A program made the translations under genes and the position numbers. From the human T2T-CHM13v2.0 reference genome, Homo sapiens: a stretch of DNA of 64,000 nt. The notes beneath the pieces were generated by a model, which saw only the letters and a list, made by a program, of their open reading frames with translations, did no database searches and was not told the origin of the DNA. Position 1 is the stretch's first letter, and the number at the start of each line of letters is the position of its first letter. This document shows positions 61,204-64,000 of this stretch, piece by piece. The stretch lies in NCBI RefSeq assembly GCF_009914755.1, contig NC_060939.1; one strand, written 5' to 3'.

Positions 61204-63789
61204 CTAAAATGATGATAAAAAGTATAGCATAGTAAATACATAAACCCATTACATAGTCATTTGTTATCAAGTATTATGTACTGTACATAGTTGTATGTGC
61301 TAGACTTTTATACAAATGGCAGCACAGTAGATTTATTTGCAGCATCCCTGCAAATACATGACAGCTACAATGTCATTCGGTGATAGGAATTTTTCAGCTC
61401 CACTGTAACCTTATGGGACCACCATGGAATATGCAGTCGATCATTGACTTCAAAGTCATTATGTGGCACATGACTGCACACAGGACCTACATCTCCTATT
61501 GGTTCTGTTTCACCAGAGAGCCTAGACTGAGACACGTGCCCAGGTGATGTCACTCAGAAGTGGGGTCTCGGGGTCAGAGCTCTGAGGGCAGCAGCATCTC
61601 GGGGCTTTATAGACACAAGGCTCTATCTTACCAGTGGGCAGTGGATGCTGGGGAGGTTTCATGCTGGATGCAAAGCTGGCAGGCTCTCCGTGGCGAAAAC
61701 TCTGCTTATAATTGGCCTATGTTTAAAACAACTGGATATGTAAAAACTTGAATTTGGGGCGGGCAGACTTTCAGCAAATGGGTCTGCAGTGAATGGGTCC
61801 ACCAGCCTAGGGGCCAGGACATGGAGGCCACCTCTGGCTCATGTATACAACAGGAGGTCAGCGGGGCTGGGCTGTAGGGCGGGACCAGAGAGGACCAAAA
61901 TGATAGTCCAGCGGGGGGGACTTTTAGAAAATATATAATTTCATTTCAAAGTGTCAGATGAATTTTTAAAAAACATATAAGTTGATTTTAAAGAGAAATA
62001 AATGAATTCAGTGGCTATATTCATTTCTACTCAGCCCCACTCTCTGCCATTCCCCCGATGTGTAAGCAACAGTGTTTCTACTATTGCCTCAGTGCAGGTG
62101 GGAACCTGTTGGAATAAAACGTCATGCTGCAGAAAGCCAGAGTTAACTTGCAAGTCAATCTTCTCACTGAGCCCAATCATCTTTCTAGACAGCCTAAAAA
62201 GCTACTTACTGAAATCAGCAACACCGTTAACTTCATTCACCAAAGTAAGGTCTCCTGGCCTTTAACCTTAAAATGGTTCTTAAAAAGGAATTGAAATACT
62301 GATTTTCATAAAAATATCAAAGACAGTGAAGCCAACTGTCAAAATGAATTCAGTCCTAAAAATTAAAGTATGCTTGCTGAGAGTGACAGCAGCCTTCTCA
62401 TGTGGGATTTACCAGGCACTCTGCACCCTGGTTCTGAGATCTGCACGGTACTTAAGAAAGAAATCCATTCCTTTCAGTTAAATCGTTTCAGTTAAAAATT
62501 CCCGAGGCACCTTTTTAAAACTGAAATAAAACTAAATCCCAAAGACATGAGAAATAAATCACTTCATGTCTCTTGAGTGTTTTCCAATCTGGCTTCCAGG
62601 AGGAGCTTAATTTGTCACTTCTAAAGAAAGCCTTCTAGCTCTTTCCATCTTATTTTACCAGGAAGTCCACTCGCTTCCTTCCCACAGTGTCTGTGTATGC
62701 CAGGGTTAGCAGTGGAGTCTGCTGCAAGCCACCAGGGTCCAGGCCTCACACCCTGGCCAGGTCATCAAGCCCAGAGCACAGTTAGAGAGCTGGCGTGGGT
62801 GGCCAACCAGCCTACACAAATGACAGAAAAAGGCTGCTTGTCCTAGGAAATTTCCTGCTTGTTCAGATTCAATGAAATCCTGCTGGATCTCTATGTCTAC
62901 AAAATAATGAGCCCCCACTCATGGAGGGATCAGAATTTGGGTGAGCAGTGCCTGCCCCGCTCTTCCCAGGTTGCCTGGTGCAGAAGGCTGGGTACCCAGG
63001 AGAAGCAGATGAGGGTGGTGACAGGGATGGGTGCAGGTGCAGAACCCACTGTGCTGTGTGAGCCTGAGGGCTGGGAGGCCCTGTCCACCCAGGAGCACTT
63101 GTCTTCCCAGGAGACTGCATCCCTCAGTGACCTGCATGCATCAGGGGGACTGTGTCCACCCAGGAACCATGTTCAAGCATTCATCAGAGATTCAGGGGGC
63201 ACCTACTGTGTGCTGTTTTAATACTCAGGCACCAAACAGTTCCCTAATAAGATGACTTCAGGACAGACATCTGAAGAAATGAGGAAGGGAGTGATGTGGC
63301 TATTTGGAGGGCAGCATTCTTGGTCATTAGAACATCACGGTCAAACTGTGCCCTGGGCCTGTGTGGCTGTAGAGTCTATCGATGAGTTGGACAGGGAAGC
63401 CTGTGCCTGGAGTGTGCAGCATGGGGCCATGGTAAGGACGCAAGATTTTACCTTGGAAGAGACCAGACCATTGGCAGATTCTTAGCTGCAGAAATGTTCT
63501 CACAGTCTTTCATTTAATTAAAAGTTTTAAAATGTATCTTTCTGTGCTTGGCTTGTTTCACTTACACAATTACCTCCAGTTCCACACACGTTGCTGCAAA
63601 TGACAGGGTTTTATTCTCTTTTATGTCTGGATAATTTGTACATGGTAGAATGAATGCCCAGAGCTGTGCCCAGCTGGGTGAACTTCTTCAAGTGTGCACA
63701 TCACTGTAACCACTAGCATGATCAAGTAGATCACGGCTACATCAAGTTCATCACATCAGATGGCCCCATGCCCCTCCCAGCCAATCCCT

Positions 63790-64000
63790 CTGGCATCATT
63801 TCCTACAAAGTATCACACACATAGTAGCTTAAAACAGTGCAAATTTACTATCTCACAGTTTTGTAGGCTGGATGTCCAGTAGGCTCAGCTGGCTTCTCTG
63901 CTCTGAGTCTTACAAGGCTGAAGAGGTGTCAGCAGAGCCGTGGTCCCTCCTGGAGGCTTGAAAGAGAATTGGCTTCCAGCCTCCTTCAGGTGTGCCAGGA
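63790..64000 (-). mobile_element. MLT1-type MaLR LTR, running off the window end
   Basis: agcttaaaacagtgcaaatttactatctcacagttttgtaggctgg...ggctcagctggcttctctgctc. Confidence 0.7.

Overview
This is primate (most likely human) genomic DNA from inside the OTUD7A gene (Cezanne-2 deubiquitinase; 15q13.3 in human), which is transcribed on the minus strand. Only two coding exons are present: 38225-38404 (180 nt, [15 protein letters not shown]...QRQDDIAQ) and 27176-27394 (219 nt, [10 protein letters not shown]...MVALEQAG). Both have canonical AG/GT ends and both are phase 1-1. The rest is intron, dense with transposon fossils: old L1, L2, MIR, about 12 Alus, MaLR/ERV1/ERVL LTRs, two full-length MaLR proviruses and Tigger/MER DNA transposons. 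Nearly all other listed ORFs are noise from repeats. I see no evidence of a new protein-coding system. The most interesting testable architecture is at RNA level: (1) a 399-nt two-exon module that would form a stop-free circular ORF if back-spliced, bracketed by inverted Alus; (2) an inverted pair of MaLR proviruses around the 180-nt exon; (3) UG-rich and UGCAUG-rich tracts upstream of both exons; (4) a sense-oriented THE1 provirus that could act as an alternative promoter or poly(A) site. Several locally templated insertion scars are also visible. Repeat subfamily names come from remembered consensus sequences and boundaries of old repeats are approximate; RepeatMasker/Dfam should confirm them.
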